DNA of 64,000 bases from Dudresnaya verticillata (lineage: Eukaryota). The first letter of the stretch is position 1, and each line of letters starts with the position of its first letter. Shown piece by piece: positions 1-11,399 of the stretch. The stretch spans positions 1,674,001 through 1,738,000 of the forward strand of contig OZ374562.1 in NCBI GenBank assembly GCA_977862235.1, read 5' to 3'. The position numbers and the translations under genes were made by a program. The notes under the pieces are model-generated. The model saw nothing but the letters and a program-made list of their open reading frames with translations. It did no database searches and was not told where the DNA came from.

Positions 1-350
1 CCGAGTAGATGTTGGGAATAGTATATACTCTACTGTAGAGGCGACGGTAGGGAAAAAGAGGGGTATCGACACTCAGAAGTTAGGAGTTGCTGTATGCGGC
101 TTCCAGCGGGCTCGATGAGGAGAAGATATCTACGACGCAACTTTTTGCTACGATAGCTGAAGGAGAGAAGCGAAACACTGGTATCTTCGAAACTCGGTGA
201 GCTTTTTGGGAGCTCCTAGTTTAGACAAGATTTAGCGGCAGATGTTTGCTGTGTTGCATTCAAGCAGGATAGCTTTAGCGCTACTGAATATATCCGTGGA
301 AAGATACCATTACTCTTCAAAACTGGAGGCGGTCAGCATTGTTCATCAAC
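1..350 (-). pseudogene. Possible degenerate non-LTR reverse-transcriptase fragment
   Basis: Minus-strand translation ILSKLGAPKKLTEFRR resembles the LINE RT 'LIPK..P....dFRPI' motif; many stops. Confidence 0.3.
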
Positions 351-801
351 ACGTTCTCCGTTGCTGTCATCGTGATGGTGCGCGGGAAAAACGTTCACAA
401 ACAGCGTTAGGACAGTACCAACCAAACCGCCACAGCGACCAAGGCCCAACATGGCGGAAGTGACAGTCATCGAAACACCCGCCTCGGAGCCAGACTCGGC
501 TGCACTATCCAAAACCCCACTGGCACCGTTGCGGTTACCGCAAACCTTCCCGATTCCACTGCCCCCGCTACCGCCACCGTTACCGCCACCGTTACCCCCA
601 CCGGTGCCCCTGCTGAACCATCAGGGAACAGCGCTGCTCGCCCACGCCTCTAGCCTTCTACATTCATTGCAATGTACGACATCTACTTACTTCGCCCAGT
701 GGCGAGTAAGGGCGCGCTTGTTGCCCCATGGTGAAAGAAGACCACATTATTTGAGGAGGCGAGGCATTTATTTCTGTTTGAAGACCGTTTCGAAGAAGAC
801 C

Positions 802-1272
802 GACGTGACCATCTTCGTATGGATCTCTATGTTGCTGACCCTGCGTTTGCCCCCCTCCCGCAAGCGTTTGACGTCTCCGTGGTGACCCCACACCATCCAA
901 CTGCACTGTCCAACCCGCCTCGCTCTCAACATCAAGCTATTCACCGCCGCGAGCAAGCGAAAGCCCGTCATTATCGTCGCTTATGTTCTACCAACCGGAT
1001 AGATCTCCATCCTATGGTGATGGACATCTATGGTGCCATTGGTTCTGGGTTCGATCGAGGCGCTCAGCGCGTGGCGAATTTCCTAGCTACTATGAAGGGT
1101 ACTTCGCCGATATCTGAGAAACTATCTCTTCTCACCCACCTCACCTCTCTTGTACTTCAATCTGTCGCGGTGGCTGTTAACCGCCGTTTACTCTTCGACC
1201 GTCGCCTTTCAGGTGAGTTTTAGATAAGTCCCCTTACGGGGCTGTAGTCTTTCCTATGCATAAAGGTCTCCA
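802..1272 (+). mobile_element. RLE-type non-LTR retrotransposon 3' fragment, copy A (diverged)
   Basis: ORF 819-1223 has RMD...DVSVV...REQAK..HY...PMVMDIYG (PD-(D/E)xK restriction-like endonuclease); CCCCTTACGGGG hairpin and ATAAAGGTCTC end shared with other copies. Confidence 0.8.
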
Positions 1273-1276
1273 TCTC

Positions 1277-2603
1277 TGTTTGAAGAAACTCATTGTCTCT
1301 TAACCGATTCGATTTGGAAGCTCAGTTCTCTACCGCTGCGATCTGGTGGCCTAGGACTGAGTAGAGCTTCTGGTGTGGTGGATCTCAGCTATCTAGCGTC
1401 TCTCGGTTCAAGCAAGTCTACCATCCGGACATCTCTTAGTCTTTTCCCTTCCCTGCTGAAAAGACCCTTGGGCCTTCCCTAGGCCGTCTCCGCTCTTCTG
1501 TTGGCAACAATTGTCAAGCCTGACTTAATGATGTAACCACGTTCTTGAATTATTTCCATGCTACTCCTCATGACTCAAGGTCTCCCGGGTCTGTGCATCA
1601 TGAGCTTAATGCCGTGGTTTTGGCCTCTGTGACTCCGTCATCCAACTCTAGTGATGACCTCGCTTTCGTCTTCGTCTGCAATCTACCTGCACGGCCAGTT
1701 CTGCGCGCGCATTTGCTGCTGTACCTTCCTCCTTTTACGGTACTCGAGTCAAACCTGAAGTTTGGATATCGATGATCCAGCTACGACTCGGACTTCCTAT
1801 CTTCAGTGGAGAGGACCCATTCTTCCGTTGTGTTGATGGTACCGCTTCTGTCGCCCCTCTTCTTGATGTTTATGGGCATCACGCTACGGTCTGCTCTTTT
1901 CGTGAGGGCACGATACGCCGTCATGATCATCTTCGGGATCGCTTAAGCGTTCTATTTCAGACTATCGCCCGCCCCCATGGCGTGCGTGTTGAAGTTGAAC
2001 ATCGTTTCACTTATTCGGATGAGCATGGGCCTCGTGACTCTGTCCCCAGCGCTACCCGTACACGTGCTGAACGCACACATGACGAGCGTCATGCTGCTTC
2101 TGGTGGTCCCCCACATCCTGTAGATCCACGTGACCAACTGCGTATGGATATTTTCGTTGATGATCGTGGCTTTGCCCCTCACCCCCATGGATGTGATGTC
2201 TCGGTCGTCAGTCCCCATTCTATTCATGGTTCCACTGGTCGCGTTGCTGGCCAAGCCATTGCAGCCCGCGAACGTGTCAAACGCTCTCATTACCGCCGCG
2301 TGTGCGCTAGTTTGGATATGGTTATCCATCCTATGGTTGTAGATGTCTATGGCCGTGTTGGATCTGGCTTTGAAGTTGGCGCCCAACGTATTGCTAATTT
2401 CATTGCCAGCAAGCGCGGGACCTCTCCGTCTACGGAGAAACTTCGCCTCACTACTCGTTTACTCTCTTTAGTTCTCCAATGCGTCGCGGTGAGTGTCAAC
2501 CGCCGCAAGCTTGCTCCTCCGCCTCTTTACGGTAGCTCTGCATCGCAAGCCCCCTTAAGGGGCTTGTCTCTCTTGTTCTTTAATAAAGGTCTCTCTCTCT
2601 CTC
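1277..2603 (+). mobile_element. RLE-type non-LTR retrotransposon, 5'-truncated copy B
   Basis: LPLRSGGLG thumb motif near 1330; ORF 1772-2782 has LRLGLP, C..D.YGHHATVC, IRRHD, RMD..DVSVV, RE..K..HY; hairpin AAGCCCCCTTAAGGGGCTT, AATAAA and (TC)n tail. Confidence 0.85.
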
Positions 2604-2843
2604 ATTTATTTCTCGAAACGATGCCATCGGTTGTTTTCAAGCATATGCAGCAGCCAAATGCGAATACCGTCATTGACCGCTTCTATTGCCTCATTCACGA
2701 GCGTGGACAAGCTGTGGCGTCGGCTGAAAGGGCGTCTGGAGAATGTGTTTCGATGCACGTGGAAATGGTTTCATGTCGATAGCGGGATGAGTTGGACGAA
2801 AGGCGGCTGGAAATGGATCAAGACGCTAATCCGGATTGGAGAC

Positions 2844-3409
2844 AGAGAGAGAGAGAGAGACCTTTATTAAACAACAAGAGAGAAGCCCCTTAAGGGGGCT
2901 TAGATTCAGAGCTACCATAAAGAGGCGGAGGAGCAAGCTTGCGGCGGTTGACACTCACCGCCACGCATTGGAGAACTAAAGAGAGTAAACGAGTAGTGAG
3001 GCGAAGTTTCTCCGTAGACGGAGAGGTCCCGCGCTTGCTGGCAATGAAATTAGCAATACGTTGGGCGCCAACTTCAAAGCCAGATCCAACACGGCCATAG
3101 ACATCTACAACCATAGGATGGATAACCATATCCAAACTAGCGCACACGCGGCGGTAATGAGAGCGTTTGACACGTTCGCGGGCTGCAATGGCTTGGCCAG
3201 CAACGCGACCAGTGGAACCATGAATAGAATGGGGACTGACGACCGAGACATCACATCCATGGGGGTGAGGGGCAAAGCCACGATCATCAACGAAAATATC
3301 CATACGCAGTTGGTCACGTGGATCAACAGGCTGTGGGGGACCACCAGAAGCAGCATGACGCTCGTCACGTATGCGTTCAGCACGTGTTCGGGCAGCGTTG
3401 GGGACAGAG
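2844..3409 (-). mobile_element. RLE-type non-LTR retrotransposon 3' fragment, copy C (inverted near-identical copy of 2038-2603)
   Basis: ORF 2890-3516 is nearly identical to the C-terminal part of 1772-2782; (GA)n tail on the + strand. Confidence 0.85.
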
Positions 3410-4212
3410 CTATGGAGACAGCGAGCGACGTACACGAAAGTTTGAAAACGTTTCGACACCGGTTCGAAAAAGTTTCGGGGCGGCGCGGCGATCGTCGAGA
3501 ATACAAACAGTGGCACACAAATGCGGGAACAATCCGCGGGTCTGCCCCCTCCCCTCCAGGCCAGACCGGAACCATCACCAAGCCAGAGACCTGACTTTTG
3601 GTTCGCATAATTCGCTCGTGCCGCGCTACACTCTCCCAGTGTCCTGCCAACTCAGTCGCGTGCGGCTGCTTGAACACTGTTGACTTATTTTTGATTCCCA
3701 ACCCGCCCACCGCTATTCATCTATTACCTCCAAGTTCTGTTGTAACTTTAGTTCTATTCGTTCTAGTGACTTAGTGGGTTACACCGGCCGGCCTCCGCTA
3801 CTATGCGGAAAACGCGCTCGGCGCGGACTTGGTAGCTACTGTGCTACCATTTCAACATGGCTACTGGGGTAACCCCTGCCACCACTTGGCCCAAACCTTC
3901 GTAAAGTTGTTTACGAGTTCTATCCAAACCCGCACACTAGTGCGTTCTGTTCAGCGGGAGAAAGCGAGGGGAAATAAGAAACCATTGCTTGATGACAGCA
4001 AAAAAGACATCGATGAGCAGAAAGATTTGCTCAAGGCACACCGAGAGATGCACACGGAGGCTCAGAACGAGTTGGTGCGTGGTGGGGAATCCATTCGGGC
4101 GATAGAGGTGAGTCAGCAGGGAAGAGGGAGTTGCTCCGAGTGTGTTGAGACAAACTATCGGGATGCAACTACGACTCGTGAGGTGCATAAAAATCGTACA
4201 CGAGCGCAGAGC

Positions 4213-4482
4213 TGTTAGATTTGTGTGTTGATGTACCAACCAGTCTGGGCTACTCCCTGTTTATGGCTGGTCTTTATACGGTAAGCAAAGTCCTACTACT
4301 ACATTTTCGAACCTTTGCTTGCACGGCAGGAGAGTCCTCTCCGGGTGATAATTCCGGGGGAGTCTCCTGAAGAGCAGGGCCGGAGAGTTTCTGCACTTCT
4401 GTCATTGTCAGGTAAACTGCATTGTTGTGGTGCATGTTGACCGTGATGAGTTCGTGTCACATTGAACATCATTGTGCCAACA
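4213..4482 (-). repeat. Copia 3' LTR
   Basis: Identical by eye to 8752-9021; adjoins PPT (minus strand TAAGTTCGAGGGGGAA, 4483-4498). Confidence 0.95.
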
Positions 4483-4495
4483 TTCCCCCTCGAAC

Positions 4496-7400
4496 TTAAC
4501 AGCGCTCGATTGAGATGCCCATCATACTTGTGAACCTTGTATGTTTGAACTTCTGCAAGGCCTTGGTCATAACGTCTGCCACCATATTCTCGGTTGAGAT
4601 GTACTGTAGTTCGATAGACGGTTTCTGGATGTGGTCACGAATGAAATGGTACTTGACATCGATGTGTTTCGTGCGTTCGTTGGAGACACTGTTCTTTGCG
4701 AGCGCCATCGAACCTTGATTGTCTGTGTATAATGTGACAGTCTTGTTGGCATCTGCGCGAAACTCCTTGTTCAGTCGTTGAAGCCATAAAGCCTCACGAA
4801 CGGCAAATGAAGTTGCAACATATTCGGCTTCAACACTTGACTGTGCTACTATACTTTGTTTCTTGCTACGCCATGAAATAGCCCCACCGCAACTCAGGAA
4901 AACAAATCCGCTTGTTGATTTCCTCTCAATGCGATCTCCGGCAAAGTCAGAATCAGTAAATCCATGCAACCCTACGCAATCTTTGCTCCTTGATACAAAG
5001 GAGATACCATTCTCTTCTGTACCTTTCAGGTAACGAAGGACATACTTGGCGGCATTCCAGTGTACTCTAGAAGGCTTTTGCATAAAACGGGAGAGATATG
5101 AAGTTGCAAACGCGATGTCTGGCCGGGTAGTGTTGGCAAGGTGCAGCAAACCTCCAACCAATTCGCGAAACGGTACCGATGCTGGTTCCCATTCCCCCTC
5201 ATCGGTGACGTTTGGGGTTTCCAGAATTGTGCCAGGTGGCAATGGAGTAGTTGTAGACTTGGCATACTGTAATCCGAACTTAGAAACCATCTCGCGGATC
5301 ATGTGTGGACTGGATACCTGAATGCAACGTAGATCACGGTTACGATGAATGATGATACCTAAAAACTTCGTCACACTCTTCTCGACGCGGATATCTACCT
5401 TTTCGGCAATAGATGTAGTTATCTTGCACATTAATGAGAGGCTGGCACTGACGAGTAGCATATCATCTACGTAGACTAAAACAAACAAACGGATAGAGTC
5501 GAGGATAAGGATGTAGAGGATAGCGTCAGACTCAGACTGAAAGAAACCCAGGGTCTTAAGAAGTGTATCGATTGTTCGATGCCAGGCACGCGAGGCTTGC
5601 TTCAGACCGTAGAGCGCTTTCAGGAGGCGGTAGACAAAATGACGTTTTTCATTGTTCACGAAACCCTCAGGTTGTTTCATGTAGATGACCTCGTCAAGGT
5701 CGCCGTTGAGAAACGCAGCCTTCACATCCAGTTGCATCATCTGTAAGTCCTCATCCGCTGCCAAGGAGAGAAGGAAACGGAGCGTGGAGTATTTGGCTAC
5801 AGGTGCAAATGTTTCTTCGTAGTCAATTCCATACCGCTGTGAAAATCCTTTTGCTACGAGGCGTGCTCGATATCGAGATACCCGGTGGTCAGCGTCTCGC
5901 TTCTTGAAATAAACCCACCTGTTCTGGACGGCCTTGGCATCCGTCGGGAGAGGAACAAGCATCCATGTACTCTTACGCTCGATCTCAGCAATTTCTTCAT
6001 TCATAGCCTAAACCCATTGATCCTTTTCAGGGCCGCCTACGGCCTCTTTGTATGTGGCCGGAACCTCGGCTGATTCATTTCCCATTCGTACGTTAAGTGC
6101 AATTGATGCGATGTCACCGTATCGCGCTGGAGTTGTCGACGCACGATTAGAGCGACGCAATTGCGGGAAGTGGGTAAGTTCTTCAGTATTAACGGAACTA
6201 GGGGAGTTGCTGTCCCTATCCTCTTCGTCTTCGTGATCGGACTGGAGTTCTCCTTCTTCGTCATCGGAGTCGTCCGCGAGATCTGGGAGAGAATTGTTAT
6301 CATCCTCCGGGTCAGGTAGTTCCATAAAGTTATGTTTGGTTTCTTCTTCTGGCTCTGACACAGCGTCAAGACCTGTGTAGGTCTCATCGCAGCTGACATC
6401 TCGGGAAGTAACAACTTTGCCATCGGTAACGAAGTAGACTTTGTAGCTGTTGCCTCTTTCATAACCAACCAGGAGGCCTACCTTGGCCCGTGGTTCGAAT
6501 TTGCTTTTCCTGGTTGCTTTGGGAATATGGACATACGCTCGGCAGCCAAACTTGCGGATGTGGGCTAGATTTGGCTTCTTGCCCATAATAACTTCGTACG
6601 GGGTCTGGTTGGACGAATTGCATGAACGGGTATACAGCCGGTTTCGAAGGTAGTTAGCTGTGTTTACAGCTTCAGCCCACAGTGATTCATGGTCAGGAAT
6701 GTCTGAAACAGCCATGAGCATTGTTCGAGCCATGTCTAGCAGGGTACGGTGAGTCGTTCGGCCTTTCCGTTAGACTCCGGAGAGTACGAAGAGGCTAATT
6801 CGTGAACTGTACATCGATTAGAGAGCCATTTCTTGAACTTGTTGGAGAGGAATTCCCCGCCATTATCAGTACGCATCCTCTTGACACGTACAAATTCGGG
6901 GTCGTAAGCGTCTGCAGTTACACGACGGGCTATTAGTCGTTTGACCTTAGAGCCGAATACAGTTTCCAATTCCACTAGCATCTCTTTTAGTGCTTTGCTG
7001 GCATCTCCCTTCCCGGAGATGAAACGTACGAGAGACAAGGAACTGTGGTCATCGAGTAGAGTCACGAAATGCCGTGCACCCTTGATGGATCGGCGACGAG
7101 AGGGGCCAACTAAATCAGAGTGGACAAGATGTAACGGTTGTGTAGACTTCTGTTCTTCATCTGTGGCCTCAAAACGTACTTTGCGAGTCGACTTTCCCTT
7201 GAGACAGCTATCGCACTTTGATGGAAACTTGCACTGAGATATGTCAAGACCATTGACTAGTGGAAGGGAATGCTGAATTGTTTCAGGACTAACGTGTCCC
7301 AGCCGTTCATGCCATAGCTTCCGTTTGGCTTCGACGGAAATGGCAGCAGTGTGAGTGTCAGCTTCCACCTGTGTTGGATTCATGGTGACTCGATACAGTC

Positions 7401-7770
7401 CGTCCTCGTGTTCGAGACCTTGAAGAATAACATCATTGCTACGGGATCCTGGTACAGTACAGATTCCTTGGCCGTTGGTATCTGTCTCGAAGATAACGCG
7501 ATGTCCCTGCTTGCGAAGACGACTAACTGAGATCAGGTTGCACATCAGTCCTGAAACATGTAGGACATTGGTCATTCGGATGTTGACATCACGGTCGCCG
7601 ACTTTCGCGACACACAACAAGTCACCAATGGCAACAACTGGAGATTGGTTGCCGTTCCCTACCATTACAGATGATGGGCTTTGACTGATATTCTGGGTAA
7701 AGAAGTGCTCTGAGTTGTTCGTCATATGCGAGGAACAACCAGAATCAATATACCATTCATAAGGTGGCGA
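4496..7770 (-). pseudogene. pol: Copia pol (protease, integrase, RT, RNase H), disrupted
   Basis: WYIDSGCSSHM protease; LWHERLGH...CDSC, HSDL, RTDNGGEF, SPESNGKAER integrase; YRARLVAKGFSQ, QLDVKAAFLNG, YVDD RT; TDSDFAG, RTKHID RNase H; frameshift near 6750 and in-frame TAG at 6008-6010. Confidence 0.95.
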
Positions 7771-7872
7771 GGCAAGGACAGTAGTGTTAGCGGTTGCACA
7801 TTTTGAGATGAACGTGATGTAATTTGACCCACTAGTAGCGGTGTTAGCATAATGTGCTGCTTCTGTCCCCTT

Positions 7873-8649
7873 CTACTTCGAGCGCGGGTCGCGGAAGCTG
7901 CCTTGTGGTTTTCCATTTGCAGCACGAGGTCGATAGCGGCTCTCTGGATTATCAAAACAGTCGGGCTTAATATGACCGAGTCGTCCACAGTAGTGGCATT
8001 TCTTCTTTCTGTTTTGTGTTGCTGCTAATGCAGTAGAAATTTCTCCATTTGCCGTGCTAACGTCGTCTTGCAAAATGTTGATTTCCTCAAGGACGAGTTG
8101 CGATATACATTCTTCATACTTTGTGCCTGAGATCAACATTACTTTCTTCACAACATGATACTCCTCTCTAAGTCCTCGTAGTAAGGCCCTTTTGCGATCT
8201 CGCTCAGATATTGAATGTCCAACTGATGTTAACTTTTGCTCCAGGTTAGTCAACCGATTTACGTAGCTCATAATATTCTCCGTCGGTAGCATGGTAACTG
8301 TCTGGTACTGCGTCAGATAGGCATCAATTGATGCCTCCGAAATAACTTGAAACATAGACTCAAGAGTGTCCCAAACTTGCTTAGCGTCTCGTAAGCCAAT
8401 AACACGGGCGCTAATTGAGTCGTCCACAGTGAGTAGTAAGTTTGTAAGAGCGACATCATGGCGACGTTGAAACTTTTCACCTTCATCGACGGAGGCACCT
8501 TCCGGTTTCTTCTCGGTGCCTGACACGATTCCCCAGAGCCCCTTGGCACGAAGTACTAACTCGATTTTACGAGACCATATGTAGTAGTTCTGGGATGTAA
8601 GCTTCTCAATACGATAGCGAGAGAGGTCTGTCCCACTTTCAGAATCCAT
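7873..8649 (-). CDS. gag: Copia Gag with CCHC zinc knuckle
   Basis: KLTSQNYYIWS...LWGIV, LLRGL, CHYCGRLGHIKPDC; same frame as the protease, separated by TAG. Confidence 0.92.
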   Translation of the reverse strand: MDSESGTDLSRYRIEKLTSQNYYIWSRKIELVLRAKGLWGIVSGTEKKPEGASVDEGEKFQRRHDVALTNLLLTVDDSISARVIGLRDAKQVWDTLESMFQVISEASIDAYLTQYQTVTMLPTENIMSYVNRLTNLEQKLTSVGHSISERDRKRALLRGLREEYHVVKKVMLISGTKYEECISQLVLEEINILQDDVSTANGEISTALAATQNRKKKCHYCGRLGHIKPDCFDNPESRYRPRAANGKPQGSFRDPRSK

Positions 8650-8751
8650 GTTGTGGGAAGACTGACGAAAAAACGAAACGACGAGTTGCTACGAAACGAT
8701 AGACGGGACGTCAAGCGCAGATAGAATTGCCCGTACTAGAACCCCATAACC

Positions 8752-9021
8752 TGTTAGATTTGTGTGTTGATGTACCAACCAGTCTGGGCTACTCCCTGTT
8801 TATGGCTGGTCTTTATACGGTAAGCAAAGTCCTACTACTACATTTTCGAACCTTTGCTTGCACGGCAGGAGAGTCCTCTCCGGGTGATAATTCCGGGGGA
8901 GTCTCCTGAAGAGCAGGGCCGGAGAGTTTCTGCACTTCTGTCATTGTCAGGTAAACTGCATTGTTGTGGTGCATGTTGACCGTGATGAGTTCGTGTCACA
9001 TTGAACATCATTGTGCCAACA
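8752..9021 (-). repeat. Copia 5' LTR
   Basis: TG...CA, followed on the minus strand by PBS GGTTATGGG (8743-8751). Confidence 0.95.
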
Positions 9022-9703
9022 AGAGCGCGCCTAGAAGCTGTGGACAAGCATGATGGCATTCAAACCATTATCCTGGAGGATACGTGTGGCCACAATACGT
9101 AGTTGCGTCGGATTTGGATACAGTGAGGTGGCAATGGCTTGCGAGAAATGCCCGCCATGAACAGTTTCGAAAGTCCGCACTGCGACGGCATGCTATGGCT
9201 GCCCCGTTCCGAAGGGTGTTGCGAATGAGAAGCGAACAAAATGCATTTGCCCTGACGGGTCACGCATTCCGAAGAGGGGATTTTGTGTATGAGAAATGAG
9301 AAAGAATGAAGTCCATGGCGGATCATTGTACAGTCCAACGACCCTTCATGATGTTGGGACGTATAGTACAATATGTATTGGCAGAAGTACTTCGACAAAG
9401 AAAAACGTAAACATTCTAGAAACGGGCTAAATGATTTTGGCACATGATCTTTAAGCAGTTGGCTACTCTTTTCAAAGTCGGTTGTACTGGCGAAGGTGGA
9501 ATTGCGATTAATGGTTCTGCGTTTTGTTCAGGCTCGAAGGTGAAGATATATTGCTTGTAAGAAGTTTTACTGCCTGTATCACAACGGTGTATTGTGACTT
9601 AGTAAAATAGTGTGTTTCCTTGTTGCGAAAGGTACGCACGTTGCAATAGTCAGTCGCTCGAGCGCGGCTACGGTAGACACAGCAAAAACTAAAAGAAAAG
9701 CCG

Positions 9704-9777
9704 TACTTCTGTCGAGGGTCGAACTCGAGACCTCTAGCATGTGAGGCTAGCGCTCTAACCAACTGAGCTACAGAAGC
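9704..9777 (-). tRNA. tRNA-Val (CAC)
   Basis: GCTTCTG/CAGAAGT acceptor stem, TAGCTCAGTTGGTTAGAGC D-arm, CTAGC-CTCACAT-GCTAG anticodon arm, GTTCGA T-loop, downstream T-runs (Pol III terminator). Confidence 0.93.
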
Positions 9778-10609
9778 CTTTTCCATTGCATCCACGACTG
9801 TAGTTGAAGAAGCAAGGGGTAAAATCACGTAAATGACGAGGTCGCACATGTCTGGATAGACGTTAGTGCATATGTACTGTATTACATATCCGCTCGCAGA
9901 GCGGATCGTGTAACGCAAATCCGCCATTCCTGGGCTGACCAAGGTGCGGTTGCAACACTGGCTGAGCTATCTGGTCCAGCACGGCTCAAGCGATACTCTC
10001 CCGATTCCCACTGAAAGCCATCGGCACACCAACCGACAGCAGCAGCTAACTGCTGAGCGTTCGTGAGCATCGGAACCCCTCAGACGGAAAATAAAACCTT
10101 CTCACATATGTATGACTATTCGGCTTTTGTCCGGGTTCGATGCCGGCATTGGCAGCGTTAGATACAAGTAGCTGAACAGACACCGCGCAATGGCGCTTCT
10201 TGCAATTTCCGCAAAGCTTGACACGCCACGGCGGGCACACGGCGCACAGTGGGAGCCCCGAAAGACGACACTGCTGAACGAACGAGACTAAAAGAGTATG
10301 GGCTTGAGGCGCTCGGTGACTGGAGCCTACTGTACAAGAACATTGATGGTTATCCATCATGCAACGACAGTTGCACACCACGTCCCCTTGTGCATTACGC
10401 ATGAGTCTAGACTTGTTTATGGCGTGGGCCAAATCATACGCCTGCATATATGCAGCTATATGAATGGACCTTGCTTGCCTGTGCAGACTCCGCAAGCAAC
10501 CTAGGATAACCATAAAGAACATTATAAAGAACAAGATCGCTTTGACTCGCTAAGCTCAAGCCTAGATTTCACATTGTTACAAGGGTTCTTGTATTTATCT
10601 GGCTATTTC

Positions 10610-11058
10610 ACCTGACATGGGAATGTGACGTTGAAGCGACACGATTATCGGTCCTCATCCTATTCGTGGCTCCGTGGGCTGCGTTTCTGGCCAAGTTATC
10701 TGTTCTCGCAAACATCAGAAGCCCGCACTGCATTGCAGGGTTTGTGGCAGCCTGCAGATGGAACTCCACCCCATAGTCATGGATATAGATAAATAGATAC
10801 ATAGATATATATATATATATGGGCGCGTTGGAACCGGATTCGAACGTGGAATCCAGCTTATTGCTTCTTGTATGGCTGTGAAGAAAAGGCACCTCCCCTT
10901 CTACCGAAAATCTTCTCCTTACTACCCATCTAGTTCTGTTGTTCTCAATGAGTAGCTCTCAGCGTCAATCGAAGAAAGCTGTCCTCCCCTCTATTGAGTG
11001 GCAGTCCTTAAGCTCCCTTATGGATCTTCTTACTATTCCTGAGTAAAGTTTCTCTCCT
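10610..11058 (+). mobile_element. Old degenerate copy D of the RLE non-LTR family with an internal microsatellite
   Basis: Translates PHPIRGSVG..SGQ...RVCGSLQMELHPIVMDI-[TA repeat]-YGRVGTGFE...KGTSPSTE, matching copies A-C; ends GTAAAGTTTCTCTC. Confidence 0.75.
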
Positions 11059-11120
11059 AATTAGATGTGATTTGATTCCGAGATTATCGAGGAAGGTGAC
11101 GGGGAGCCATTATTACAATG

Positions 11121-11390
11121 TGTAGATACCGGTACAACCGGTACCGGATCCTTGGTGGGAACAAGGTTCCCAATCTAGCGAAGTAATGTATTTCAAGCTG
11201 ATGACGATATTCGTGTTTCTAGTTGTTAGAGAGAGATGGGGAACTTTATGGTAGGGTTCGAAGGGCGCTAGGTCGCCCGGTTTTTTGTTAGCAGCTGAGA
11301 TGGTGGCTTTTAGAGAGTGTTACTGGCTAGTTGTTTTGTAGTGTGTTACTGGCTAGTTGTTTTGCAGTGTGTTACCGGCTAGTTGTTTCA
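11121..11390 (-). repeat. LTR-like fragment containing a 3 x 26-bp tandem repeat (11317-11388)
   Basis: TGTAG terminus; ~50-bp block 11232-11280 shared with 53574-53623. Confidence 0.5.
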
Positions 11391-11399
11391 AGCGTGACG

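Larger units (their letters stand above)
4213..9021 (-). mobile_element. Full-length Ty1/Copia LTR retrotransposon
   Basis: Two 270-bp TG...CA LTRs, TSD AGAGC (4208-4212 / 9022-9026), gag-PR-IN-RT-RH order, PBS and PPT. Confidence 0.97.

Noticed and set aside
451..885. Proline-rich ORF
   Set aside because: Driven by a short CCGCCACCGTTA repeat and runs out of frame into a LINE fragment.
3829..4218. Gene interrupted by the Copia element
   Set aside because: Joining across the TSD gives no long frame or recognisable domain.
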